64,000 bases of DNA from the NCBI GenBank assembly GCA_964625085.1, contig CAZVAJ010000001.1, positions 1-64,000 of the forward strand, given 5' to 3'. A program made the translations under genes and the position numbers. Positions 1 to 8,998 of this stretch are shown here, piece by piece; the stretch's first letter is position 1; every line of letters begins with the position of its first letter. This DNA is from Candidatus Micrarchaeota archaeon (GTDB taxonomy: Archaea; B1Sed10-29; JAJSAI01). The notes under the pieces were generated by a model. It made no database searches. It saw nothing but the letters and a program-made list of their open reading frames with translations, and was not told the DNA's origin.

Positions 1-27
1 TCGGGGGTTCAAATCCCCCCGGGTCCA
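1..27 (+). tRNA. 3' fragment of a tRNA, probably tRNA-Ala (truncated by window edge)
   Basis: T-arm GGGGG-TTCAAAT-CCCCC, then acceptor strand CGGGTCC-A; U70 fits the Ala G3:U70 determinant; anticodon is outside the window. Confidence 0.7.
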
Positions 28-30
28 CTA

Positions 31-55
31 ATAAGGGCGCCTTCCCCGCCCTTAT
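31..55. repeat. tRNA-associated palindromic repeat, copy 1
   Basis: ATAAGGGCG-CCTTCCC-CGCCCTTAT, perfect 9-bp inverted repeat. Confidence 0.85.
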
Positions 56-73
56 CAACCCATCCAAACCAAA

Positions 74-99
74 ATAAAGGGCGCCTTCCCCGCCCTTAT
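74..99. repeat. tRNA-associated palindromic repeat, copy 2
   Basis: ATAAAGGGCGCCTTCCCCGCCCTTAT, one extra A relative to copy 1. Confidence 0.85.
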
Positions 100-114
100 G
101 CAAGAAAGTAAGGA

Positions 115-187
115 GGGTCCGTGGTCTAGCGGCTAGGACGTCGCCTTGACGTGGCGAAGATCGGTGGTTCAAATCCGCCCGGACCCA
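115..187 (+). tRNA. tRNA-Val(GAC)
   Basis: Full cloverleaf: GGGTCCG/CGGACCC acceptor, TCGCC-TT-GAC-GT-GGCGA anticodon arm. Confidence 0.97.
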
Positions 188-196
188 CTCAAAAAT

Positions 197-349
197 GGTC
201 CCGTAGTCTAGCGGCCAACTCGATTGACTCAACACCAAAAGAGTCAAACGAGGTCCAAAGGATACGGGCCTCTCGAGCCCGGGACCCGGGTTCAAAACCG
301 CAGAAAGGAAAGAAAAGTTCCTTCTGCGGAGAAAATCCCGGCGGGACCA
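197..349 (+). tRNA. tRNA-Glu(CTC) with two non-canonical introns (218-258 at 20b/21; 297-335 at 59/60)
   Basis: Removing both BHB-flanked hairpin inserts gives a 73-nt cloverleaf, GGTCCCG/CGGGACC, CGGGC-CT-CTC-GA-GCCCG. Confidence 0.93.
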
Positions 350-360
350 TACCCAAAAAT

Positions 361-436
361 GCCCCGGTAGTCTAGCGGCCTAGGATACCGGACTGTCGAT
401 CCGGTGACCCGGGTTCAAATCCCGGCTGGGGCGCCA
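361..436 (+). tRNA. tRNA-Asp(GTC), CCA encoded
   Basis: GCCCCGG/CTGGGGC acceptor, CCGGA-CT-GTC-GA-TCCGG, discriminator G. Confidence 0.97.
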
Positions 437-440
437 TAGC

Positions 441-543
441 GGTCCCATAGTCTAGCGGCCAACTCGCTCGCACACCGCGCGCGGGGCCGAAAGGATATCG
501 GCCTTTCGAGCCGAAGACCCGGGTTCAAATCCCGGTGGGACCA
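441..543 (+). tRNA. tRNA-Glu(TTC) with D-loop intron 462-491 (20b/21)
   Basis: BHB central helix CGGC/GCCG, bulges CA^A and AA^A; spliced product is 73 nt. Confidence 0.95.
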
Positions 544-558
544 TAAAAACACAAAATA

Positions 559-631
559 GGGTCCGTGGTCTAGCGGCTAGGACGCCACCCTTACAAGGTG
601 GAGATCGGTGGTTCAAATCCGCCCGGACCCA
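559..631 (+). tRNA. tRNA-Val(TAC)
   Basis: Cloverleaf, CCACC-CT-TAC-AA-GGTGG. Confidence 0.97.
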
Positions 632-639
632 CTCAAAAT

Positions 640-746
640 AGCCCCGTAGTCTAGCGGCCATTTTCACGGTCGCGTGACGGCCGTGGAAGCTGAAAGGATG
701 GCAGGCTCTGGACCTGCAGACGGCGGTTCGAATCCGCCCGGGGCTA
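640..746 (+). tRNA. tRNA-Gln(CTG) with D-loop intron 661-694 (20b/21)
   Basis: A1-U72 typical of archaeal tRNA-Gln; BHB helix CGGC/GCTG; 11-bp intron stem; spliced product is 73 nt. Confidence 0.95.
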
Positions 747-757
747 CTAGAAAAGAC

Positions 758-874
758 AGCCCCATAGTCTAGCGGCCAACTCGATTGACTCAACACCAAA
801 AGAGTCAAACGAGGTCCAAAGGATACAGGGCTTTGGACCCTGGGACGGCGGTTCGAATCCGCCTGGGGCTACCA
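758..874 (+). tRNA. tRNA-Gln(TTG) with D-loop intron 779-819 (20b/21), CCA encoded
   Basis: AGCCCCA/TGGGGCT acceptor, CAGGG-CT-TTG-GA-CCCTG; intron identical to 218-258. Confidence 0.95.
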
Positions 875-887
875 TAACCAAAAAAAA

Positions 888-960
888 GGGTCCGTGGTCT
901 AGCGGCTAGGACGCCACCCTCACACGGTGGAGATCGGTGGTTCAAATCCGCCCGGACCCA
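888..960 (+). tRNA. tRNA-Val(CAC)
   Basis: Cloverleaf, CCACC-CT-CAC-AC-GGTGG. Confidence 0.97.
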
Positions 961-983
961 CTAATCCAACATGAAAGCACCAT

Positions 984-998
984 AGAAACCTTTTTATA
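984..998 (+). promoter_or_regulatory. BRE/TATA promoter of the rpoH operon
   Basis: AGAAACC-TTTTTATA upstream of rpoH. Confidence 0.65.
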
Positions 999-1056
999 CC
1001 TTAAGTTTTGAAAATCTCATGGTGACCATCTCCAGCTAGTTTTTCGGGGGGACAGA

Positions 1057-1290
1057 ATGAAAAAGGAAGCTATATTAAGCCACGAACTTGTGCCAAAACA
1101 TGAAATAATAACAGAAGAAGAAGTCAACTCACTGATTAAAGAATACGGCATAACAGTAGACCAACTTCCAAAGATACGTTCTGACGACCCTATAGTGAAA
1201 ATAATAGGCGCAAAGAAGGGACAAGTACTTAAGATAACAAGGAACAGTCCAACCGCTGGAGAGTATTATTACTACCGGGTAGTCATATAA
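1057..1290 (+). CDS. rpoH: RNA polymerase subunit Rpo5 (H)
   Basis: HELVPKHEI, LPKIRSDDP, SPTAG...YRVV. Confidence 0.97.
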   Translation: MKKEAILSHELVPKHEIITEEEVNSLIKEYGITVDQLPKIRSDDPIVKIIGAKKGQVLKITRNSPTAGEYYYYRVVI

Positions 1291-1312
1291 CCCGGAAAAA
1301 GGGGACGGTTAA

Positions 1313-2776
1313 ATGCCTTATTGGGAAGTAGCAGAATCTTTCATAAAAGAGTATGGTGTTGTAAAGCAACACATCGATTCATACAACGAGCTGATAAGCA
1401 ACAGGTTGCCTAGAATAATGGAGAACTATCCTGAAATAGAAACGAACAAGGAGAACTGTTACATAAAATTTCATTCCATAAGGCTGGAAAAACCAATAGC
1501 TGTTGAAGCAGATGGTTCAAGAAAACAGATTCTTCCAATGGACTGCAGGCTTAGAAACAAAACATACGCAGCAGCAGTTTACTCGGAAATAGGAATATTT
1601 GATGGAGAAAAGGAGATAGACAAAGATGAAGTTCTCATAGGAAAATTCCCTGTAATGCTCAAATCAAACCTATGTTACCTGTCAGAAATGAACGAAGAAC
1701 AACTAATAAAAGCAAACGAAGATCCTTTAGACCAAGGAGGGTACTTCATAATAAACGGATCTGAAAAGTCCCTAGTAAGCATAGAAAATCCTGTTTCTAA
1801 CAGAATAATGCTGGCCACAGAAAACAAATCCGGAAAAACACTGTACACAAGCACAGTATTCTCTCACAGCATGTACCGAGCAGGAGGAAAAAACGCAGTG
1901 CAACGGACAGAAGAAGGGTTCTTGTATGTGATACATCCAGGATCACCAAACAACCTAAACCTAACAGTACTGCTTAAAGCACTCGGATTAGAGTCTGACC
2001 AAAAAGTCATTAACGCATTCTCTGAAAAAGCAAAAAACGACGTGCTCCTGAATCTGGAAAAAACACCCGTAAAAAACAAAGAGGAAGCGCTGGACTACAT
2101 AGGAAAACGATTAGCTGCAAGCCAATCAGAAGAGTACAGGAAAAAGAGAGCAGAATACGTAATAGACCACTACCTGCTGCCCCACATAGGAACAGAACCT
2201 GAAAACAGGCTCACTAAAGCTTACTTCCTGGTGAGAATGGCGGAAAGAACAATAGAAGGCGCAAGAGGAGAAAGAAAAGTTGATGACAGAGACCACTACG
2301 CTAACAAGAGAATGAAAATCTCTGGACCGCTCTTGGAAGACATTTTCAACCTGGCAATAAGCGCGTTCGCCAGGGATTTAAGATACCAAGTTGACAGAGC
2401 ATACACAAGAAGAAGAAAACTCCAAGTAAAAACACTTGTAAGGCCAGACACATTCACCACAAGAGTACTTCACGCTATGGCAACAGGAAACTGGGTTGGA
2501 AACAGAACAGGCGTTTCCCAACTGCTTGACAGACATTCATATGCAGTAGCCATATCTCAAATGAGAAGGGTCAGCACACCATTATCACAAACCCACGCGC
2601 ACTATGAAGCAAGAGACGTTCATCCAACAACTTTCGGGAAGATCTGCCCTGTAGAAACCCCTGAAGGCCACCGTGTAGGGTTACAAAAACACCTTGCCAC
2701 AGGCTGCGTTATATCAAGCAGGCTTGTTGAGAATGTTGAGGATGAGCTGAAAAAGCTTGGCGTAAAGAGCAAATGA
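1313..2776 (+). CDS. rpoB2: RNA polymerase subunit Rpo2N (B'')
   Basis: GGYFIINGSE, DDRDHYANKR, CPVETPEG. Confidence 0.97.
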   Translation: MPYWEVAESFIKEYGVVKQHIDSYNELISNRLPRIMENYPEIETNKENCYIKFHSIRLEKPIAVEADGSRKQILPMDCRLRNKTYAAAVYSEIGIFDGEKEIDKDEVLIGKFPVMLKSNLCYLSEMNEEQLIKANEDPLDQGGYFIINGSEKSLVSIENPVSNRIMLATENKSGKTLYTSTVFSHSMYRAGGKNAVQRTEEGFLYVIHPGSPNNLNLTVLLKALGLESDQKVINAFSEKAKNDVLLNLEKTPVKNKEEALDYIGKRLAASQSEEYRKKRAEYVIDHYLLPHIGTEPENRLTKAYFLVRMAERTIEGARGERKVDDRDHYANKRMKISGPLLEDIFNLAISAFARDLRYQVDRAYTRRRKLQVKTLVRPDTFTTRVLHAMATGNWVGNRTGVSQLLDRHSYAVAISQMRRVSTPLSQTHAHYEARDVHPTTFGKICPVETPEGHRVGLQKHLATGCVISSRLVENVEDELKKLGVKSK

Positions 2777-4603
2777 GTGATGAACATGATTAAAGAAGCA
2801 GGAGTATATTGCAACGGAAAACTCGTAGGATTTCATCCAAAGCCAAAAGAACTTGTGAAGAACATCAAAGAAAAAAAGAGACGGGGAGAACTGCCCTACG
2901 ACGTAACAGTCTGCTACTATCACGACCTAAACGAAGTTTATGTAAACAGTGATCCTGGAAGAGCCCTTAGGCCACTCATAGTAGTTGAAAAAGGAAAACC
3001 AAAACTAACAAAAGAACACCTAAAACTGATAAAAGAAAACAAAATGCGCTTCAGCGACCTTGTTGAAGCAGGAGTAATAGAATTCCTTGACGCTGAAGAG
3101 GAAGAAAACGCGTACATTGCCCTGGATGAAAAAGACCTAACCCCCGAACACACTCATCTTGAGATCTATCCCGCACTGCTCTTCGGAGTCATTGCAGCAA
3201 TGCTACCTTACCCTGAACACAACACATCCCCAAGAGACAGCATGGCAACACAGTACATGAAGCAATCCCTTGGGCTGTTCGCATCTAATTACAGTAAAAG
3301 AGTGGACACACGCGCCCACATAATGTTCTACCCTCAAAGGCCCCTTGTAAAATCAAAATTCTATGATGCTCTTGGAGCAAGTCAAAGGCCTGCAGGACAA
3401 AACTTCGTCATCGCAGTAACCCCCTACTACGGTTACAACATTAACGATGCGGTAGTGATGAACAAGGCAAGCATAGAAAGAGGCCTGGGAAGAACCATTA
3501 GCTTCAGAACTTATGCTAACGAAGAGAGGAGATACCCCGGAGGACAAAAAGACCGGTTTGAAAGACCAAGACCTGAAATATTTGGGTACAGAGGAGAAGA
3601 AGCATACCAATACCTTGACGAAGAAGGAATAATAGAACCAGAATTTGAAGTCAAACAAGGAGATGTCCTGATAGGAAAAACATCACCACCAAGATTCCTA
3701 GAAGAAGTCAGAGAACTTGAAGTACTAGAAGAAAAAAGAAGAGAGAACTCCACAGCCGTAAGGCACGGAGAACACGGCACTGTTGACTGGGTACTTGCAA
3801 CAGAAGGAGAAGGGGGAAACAAACTTGTAAAGGTCAGGGTCAGGAACCTGATGATTCCAGAGATAGGTGACAAGTTCGCAGCCAGACACGGGCAAAAAGG
3901 AGTTATAGGACTCATAGCAGAAGAAGCAGACATGCCATTCACAGAAAAAGGAATTATACCCGACCTCATTTTCAACCCTCACGCAGTACCAGGCAGAACA
4001 ACCATAGGATACCTACTTGAAACACTTGGAGGGAAAGTTGCCTCCTTAAGAGGAAAAGAGGTTGACGCCACTCCTTTTGACAACGAAAGCGAAAAAGACC
4101 TCAGAGAATTCATGAAAAAATACGGGTTCAAGGACTCAGGAAAAGAAGTAATGTACAACGGGATCACAGGAGAAAAAATGCCTGCAAGGATATTCGTAGG
4201 AACAACATACTACATGAGACTAAAGCACCTGGTCTCAGACAAGATACATGCAAGGGCAAGAGGCCCTGTACAAATCCTTACAAGACAACCAACAGAAGGA
4301 AGAGCAAGAGAAGGAGGACTTAAATTCGGGGAGATGGAAAGAGACACGCTAATAGGCCACGGCGCAGCAATGCTCCTAAAAGAAAGGCTGCTTGAAGAAT
4401 CAGACAAGGTCACAGAGTACGTGTGCAAAAAATGCGGAGTCATAGCAGTTTACGATCAGGTCAGGAACAGGAAATGGTGCCCGATCTGCGGAGAAAGTAA
4501 AGAGGTATACCCTATAGAAATGAGCTACTCGTTCAAGTTGCTGCTGAATGAGATAATGGCTCTCGGGATATACCCGAAACTAATCCTCAAAGACAAGGTG
4601 TGA
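2777..4603 (+). CDS. rpoB1: RNA polymerase subunit Rpo2C (B')
   Basis: GDKFAARHGQKG, RQPTEGRAREGGLKFGEME, C-terminal Zn finger. Confidence 0.98.
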   Translation: MMNMIKEAGVYCNGKLVGFHPKPKELVKNIKEKKRRGELPYDVTVCYYHDLNEVYVNSDPGRALRPLIVVEKGKPKLTKEHLKLIKENKMRFSDLVEAGVIEFLDAEEEENAYIALDEKDLTPEHTHLEIYPALLFGVIAAMLPYPEHNTSPRDSMATQYMKQSLGLFASNYSKRVDTRAHIMFYPQRPLVKSKFYDALGASQRPAGQNFVIAVTPYYGYNINDAVVMNKASIERGLGRTISFRTYANEERRYPGGQKDRFERPRPEIFGYRGEEAYQYLDEEGIIEPEFEVKQGDVLIGKTSPPRFLEEVRELEVLEEKRRENSTAVRHGEHGTVDWVLATEGEGGNKLVKVRVRNLMIPEIGDKFAARHGQKGVIGLIAEEADMPFTEKGIIPDLIFNPHAVPGRTTIGYLLETLGGKVASLRGKEVDATPFDNESEKDLREFMKKYGFKDSGKEVMYNGITGEKMPARIFVGTTYYMRLKHLVSDKIHARARGPVQILTRQPTEGRAREGGLKFGEMERDTLIGHGAAMLLKERLLEESDKVTEYVCKKCGVIAVYDQVRNRKWCPICGESKEVYPIEMSYSFKLLLNEIMALGIYPKLILKDKV

Positions 4604-4609
4604 TGGAAT

Positions 4610-7210
4610 ATGATAATACCAAAGGATATAGGGTCAATAAAATTCGGCTTGCTTGACCCCAAAAAAATAAGAAAGATGTCACAGGTCAGGGTAATAAACC
4701 CTGATACGTACGATGATGACGGGTACCCGATAGAAGGAGGCCTCATGGACCTCAGGATGGGAGTAATAGACCCCGGCTTAAGGTGTAAAACATGTTCAGG
4801 AAGGCCTGCCACCTGCCCAGGACACTTCGGGCACATAGAACTGGTAAGACCTGTAGTGCACATAGGCTATGTCAAAATAATATACACACTGCTGAGGTCA
4901 ACCTGCAGGAAATGCGGAAGAATCCTGCTACCTGAAGATGATGTTGAAAAACTCAAGAGGATCATGTTCGCTGAAGAAGGCGCGGAGGAGATTGAGGAAG
5001 AAGAAGAAAAAGAGCAAGTCGCGTTAAACCTTATAGACAAGAGTAAAGGCGTGAACAAGTGCCCCCACTGCGGAGAACCGCAAAACAAGATAAGATTAGT
5101 GCGCCCGACAACATTTTATGAAGGAGACCAAAGACTGTTCCCCTCACAAATCAGAGAAAGAATTGAAAGGATCCCTGACGATGAACTAAAAATCTTTGGT
5201 ATTAACACAGAAGAAGCAAGACCTGAATGGGCTTTGCTGACCGTTCTACCAGTACCCCCTGTAACAACAAGACCAAGCATCACACTAGAAACAGGAGAAA
5301 GATCCGAAGACGATCTGACCCACAAGCTTGTAGATATAATAAGAATAAACCAGAGGCTTGCGGATAACATATCAGCAGGAGCACCCCAGCTTATCATTGA
5401 AGACCTGTGGGACCTGCTCCAGTACCATGTCACAACATACTTTAACAATAATGTCAGTGGCATACCTCCTGCAAAACACAGGTCAGGAAGAGCCCTAACA
5501 ACATTGTACCAAAGGCTAAAAGGAAAAGAAGGAAGGTTCAGGTACTACTTATCAGGAAAGAGAGTTAACTTTTCTGCCAGAACCGTGATAACCCCTGACC
5601 CCAACATAGACATAGAAGAGTTAGGAGTTCCAAAGCAGATTGCTGAAGAACTGACAATACCAGTGTCAGTAACTGAGTGGAACCTTGACCAAATTAAAAA
5701 GATCATACTAAACAAAGAATACCCCACCGCTAAGTACGTGATAAGCCCTGAAAAAAGAAAGAAGATAATCACAGAATTCAACCGTGAAGAAGTGGCAGAG
5801 GAAATAAAACCAGGATACATAGTAGAAAGACAGTTGATAGACAATGATCCTGTAGTATTCAACAGGCAACCTTCACTTCACAGAATGTCCATGATGGGCC
5901 ACAGGGTCAAAGTACTTCCTGGAAAAACATTCAGGATAAACGACGCAGTATCCAGACCATACAACGCAGACTACGACGGAGACGAAATGAATCTGCATGT
6001 TCCACAAACAGAAGAATCAAGAGAAGAAGTAGAACAACTAATGCTCATACCAAACAACATAATCTCGATAAGGCACGGGAACACGATAATCGGAGCAAAT
6101 CTCGACCATGTCACTGGAACATACCTGCTAACCAAAAAAGGCACAAAGTTCAGCAGGAAGAAAGCAATACGCTTACTCGGAAAGATAGGAATAACAGACC
6201 TGCCCAAAAAAGACACACTAACAGGAAAAGAGATATTCAGCATGATAATACCAGACAACATAAGCATTGAATACGCTGGAAAAACATGCAAGAAATGCGC
6301 AACCTGCGAGAAAGAAAAGTGCCCGTTCGACGCATACATAAAAATAAAGAACGGAAAACTGATTGCAGGAGCAGTAGAAGGAGCAGGGATCAAAAGCCCA
6401 GGACACATAATAAGAGAAATATTCAAAAAGAACGGACCAGAAGCCGCTGCAGAATTCATCAACAGGATGACCCGGCTCGCCCTGGAAGTAATCTCAGAAA
6501 TGGGCTTTACAACAAGCCTTGAAGAAGGTGACATGCCAGAAGAAATCAAAAAGGAGATTGCTAGAAACAACGATAAAGCCGAAAAAGCAGTCGATAAACT
6601 TATAGAGAAATACAAGAACAACGAACTCCCAGACGTTCCTGGAAAGACCCCTGAAGAAGTGCTCGAAGACACGATAATGGTAGAACTTGGCAAAGCAAGA
6701 ACACTCGCGATAAGCCTGACAAAAAGAGCACTAGGCCAAGACAACTCAGACGTTATCATGGCAACAATCGGTGCAAAAGGAACACCACACCACTTAGTGC
6801 AAATGCAGGCCATGATAGGCCAGTCCAGCCTTAGAGGAAAAAGACTAACCCAAAGAGGCTACCGTTATAAGATGCTGCCACACTTCAAGCCGGGAGACAT
6901 ATCAGCCAAGCCAGGAGGTTTCATAAAAAGCAGCTTCAAAAGCGGGCTTGACCCAATAGAAGCATTCCTGCAAGCAATGAGTGGAAGAGACAGTATAGTG
7001 GACAAAGGAATTAACACCGCAGTATCAGGATACTTCTACAGGAGAGTACTCCACGCGCTTATAGACCTCTGGGTCAGAGCAGACGGAAGCGTAAGAAGCG
7101 CGGCCGGAGAAATAATACAGTTCAGGTACGGAGAAGATGGAATCAACCCCATGAAAAAAGACAACCTGGACATAGACAAAATCGTACAAGAAGTTAAAGA
7201 GGGATCATAA
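4610..7210 (+). CDS. rpoA1: RNA polymerase subunit Rpo1N (A')
   Basis: [27 protein letters not shown], catalytic motif NADYDGD. Confidence 0.98.
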   Translation: MIIPKDIGSIKFGLLDPKKIRKMSQVRVINPDTYDDDGYPIEGGLMDLRMGVIDPGLRCKTCSGRPATCPGHFGHIELVRPVVHIGYVKIIYTLLRSTCRKCGRILLPEDDVEKLKRIMFAEEGAEEIEEEEEKEQVALNLIDKSKGVNKCPHCGEPQNKIRLVRPTTFYEGDQRLFPSQIRERIERIPDDELKIFGINTEEARPEWALLTVLPVPPVTTRPSITLETGERSEDDLTHKLVDIIRINQRLADNISAGAPQLIIEDLWDLLQYHVTTYFNNNVSGIPPAKHRSGRALTTLYQRLKGKEGRFRYYLSGKRVNFSARTVITPDPNIDIEELGVPKQIAEELTIPVSVTEWNLDQIKKIILNKEYPTAKYVISPEKRKKIITEFNREEVAEEIKPGYIVERQLIDNDPVVFNRQPSLHRMSMMGHRVKVLPGKTFRINDAVSRPYNADYDGDEMNLHVPQTEESREEVEQLMLIPNNIISIRHGNTIIGANLDHVTGTYLLTKKGTKFSRKKAIRLLGKIGITDLPKKDTLTGKEIFSMIIPDNISIEYAGKTCKKCATCEKEKCPFDAYIKIKNGKLIAGAVEGAGIKSPGHIIREIFKKNGPEAAAEFINRMTRLALEVISEMGFTTSLEEGDMPEEIKKEIARNNDKAEKAVDKLIEKYKNNELPDVPGKTPEEVLEDTIMVELGKARTLAISLTKRALGQDNSDVIMATIGAKGTPHHLVQMQAMIGQSSLRGKRLTQRGYRYKMLPHFKPGDISAKPGGFIKSSFKSGLDPIEAFLQAMSGRDSIVDKGINTAVSGYFYRRVLHALIDLWVRADGSVRSAAGEIIQFRYGEDGINPMKKDNLDIDKIVQEVKEGS

Positions 7211-8283
7211 TGACCCTACCTAAAAGTGTGCTTGAAGAGATCGAAAAGAAGACAAAAGGTTTAAATAAAAACCAGGTCAAAAAAGTAATAGAAAGGGCAG
7301 CCTCTGCTTATGAGGTAGCTCAAGTAGAGCCTGGGGAGGCAGTTGGAACGATTGCTGCCCAATCAATTGGGGAACCAGGCACGCAAATGACCATGCTAAC
7401 ATTCCACTTCGCAGGAATAGCAGAGATGGGAATTGCGCAGGGATTCCCGCGCCTGATAGAACTAACAAGCGCGGTCAAAAAACCTAAAAACCCCGCTATG
7501 TGGGTATACCTGAAAGACGGTAAAAAAGAACAGAAAGTAAGAGAATTCGCTGAAAGGATACAAGAAAAGAAAGTGAAACAAGTAGCAGAGATCCAAGAAG
7601 ACTTCAAAGAAAGAAAACTAACAATAAAAGTAACCCATCCTGCGATAAACGTAAAAGAACTTGCAGGAAGAATAGAAAAGAAGTTCAAAATCAAACCAAC
7701 AGATGTAAAGGGTAAAACAATAACATTCAAATCAAAAGAGTACACCCTGCAAAAGTTAAGGAAATTTGCACTTAAAGTAGAAAAAATGCAGGCATCAGGA
7801 ATACAGGGAATAGTAAAAGCAGGAGTAATAAAGGAAGGAGACGAATACGTGATACAGACAAGTGGAACAAACCTAAAAGAAGTAATGAACTTAGAAGAAG
7901 TTGATGCTTCAAGGACAGTATCAAATAACATCCATGAAGTATACGACGTGCTTGGGATAGAAGCAGCGAGAAACATGCTACTATCAGAAATAATCAGTGT
8001 GTTAGAGAATAACGGGCTTGACATAGACAAAAGACACCTGATGCTCTTGTGTGACATGATGTGTTACACTGGAAAAGTCCTGCCAATAGGCAGAAAAGGA
8101 GTATCAGGACAAAAATCATCAGTATTTGCAAGAGCCGCGTTCGAAGAGACAGTATCACATCTGCTAACAGCAGCGATAGAAGGAGCAGAAGACAAGCTAA
8201 AAGGAGTGTCAGAAAACATAATCGTAGGAAAACCTGTGCCCATAGGCACAGGAAGCGTAAAACTCAGCATGAGTAGGAAGTGA
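7210..8283 (+). CDS. rpoA2: RNA polymerase subunit Rpo1C (A'')
   Basis: [26 protein letters not shown]. Confidence 0.97.
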   Translation: MTLPKSVLEEIEKKTKGLNKNQVKKVIERAASAYEVAQVEPGEAVGTIAAQSIGEPGTQMTMLTFHFAGIAEMGIAQGFPRLIELTSAVKKPKNPAMWVYLKDGKKEQKVREFAERIQEKKVKQVAEIQEDFKERKLTIKVTHPAINVKELAGRIEKKFKIKPTDVKGKTITFKSKEYTLQKLRKFALKVEKMQASGIQGIVKAGVIKEGDEYVIQTSGTNLKEVMNLEEVDASRTVSNNIHEVYDVLGIEAARNMLLSEIISVLENNGLDIDKRHLMLLCDMMCYTGKVLPIGRKGVSGQKSSVFARAAFEETVSHLLTAAIEGAEDKLKGVSENIIVGKPVPIGTGSVKLSMSRK

Positions 8284-8585
8284 AACAAATGAATGTTGAC
8301 ACAGCGCTACAAAAAATGCTCAAAACAGGCACCTTAGAATACGGGTACCGCAAAGGGATAAAAAACCTCGTTAGCGGAAAGGCAAAAGCAGTAATAATCG
8401 CAAAACACGGACCCGAAAAGGTCAAAGAGGACATAATCAGATACGCTTCAGCCGCAGAAGTGCCCATAATAGAATACAAAGGGAGTAGTCTGGAACTTGG
8501 CAGAGCATGCGGAAAACCATTCCTAGTAAGCACAATAACAGTACTAAATCCAGGAGAAGTATCCATTAAAGAGGTATCACAATGA
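8280..8585 (+). CDS. rpl30e: 50S ribosomal protein L30e
   Basis: [10 protein letters not shown] motif; conserved position after rpoA2. Confidence 0.95.
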   Translation: MKQMNVDTALQKMLKTGTLEYGYRKGIKNLVSGKAKAVIIAKHGPEKVKEDIIRYASAAEVPIIEYKGSSLELGRACGKPFLVSTITVLNPGEVSIKEVSQ

Positions 8586-8989
8586 TAAAACTAAACGCAG
8601 AAGAACTAGAATACATGAACAACTTTGAGAAAATGACCAAGGCAAAAGTCGTGGACTGCATTCTCAAAGAAAATGACATCACATTCATCGTTGAAAAAGG
8701 AAACGTGGGACTTGCGATAGGTAAAAAAGGATCAATAGTGGAAAAAGTTAAAAACAAAATGGGAAAAGAAATACACGTGTATGAATACTCACAAGACCCA
8801 AAGCAGTTCATACGCAACCTAATGTTTCCCATAAACATTCTGGAAGTAGAAATCGAGAAAGAAAAAGCGACAGTAAAGGTAGACCCTGAACAAAAAAAGA
8901 GGGCAATAGGCCGTGAAGGCAAAAAAATAAACAATGTAAGAGAAATAATGGAAAGACACTTTGGAATAAAAGAGATCAAGGTCATATAA
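8582..8989 (+). CDS. nusA: Archaeal NusA
   Basis: Two KH GxxG motifs (AIGKKG, AIGREG); synteny. Confidence 0.95.
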   Translation: MIKLNAEELEYMNNFEKMTKAKVVDCILKENDITFIVEKGNVGLAIGKKGSIVEKVKNKMGKEIHVYEYSQDPKQFIRNLMFPINILEVEIEKEKATVKVDPEQKKRAIGREGKKINNVREIMERHFGIKEIKVI

Positions 8990-8998
8990 GGTGGTAAA

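Noticed and set aside
151..808. ORFs 151-375 (+) and 452-808 (-)
   Set aside because: They overlap tRNA genes and are spurious.
115..960. Regularly recurring GTCTAGCGGC and GGTTCAAATCC motifs resembling a CRISPR array
   Set aside because: Each unit folds as a tRNA; the repeats are D- and T-arms, and there are no cas genes in the window.
2770..2785. Split of rpoB into two ORFs as a possible frameshift or novelty
   Set aside because: Matches the known B''/B' split found in many archaea.
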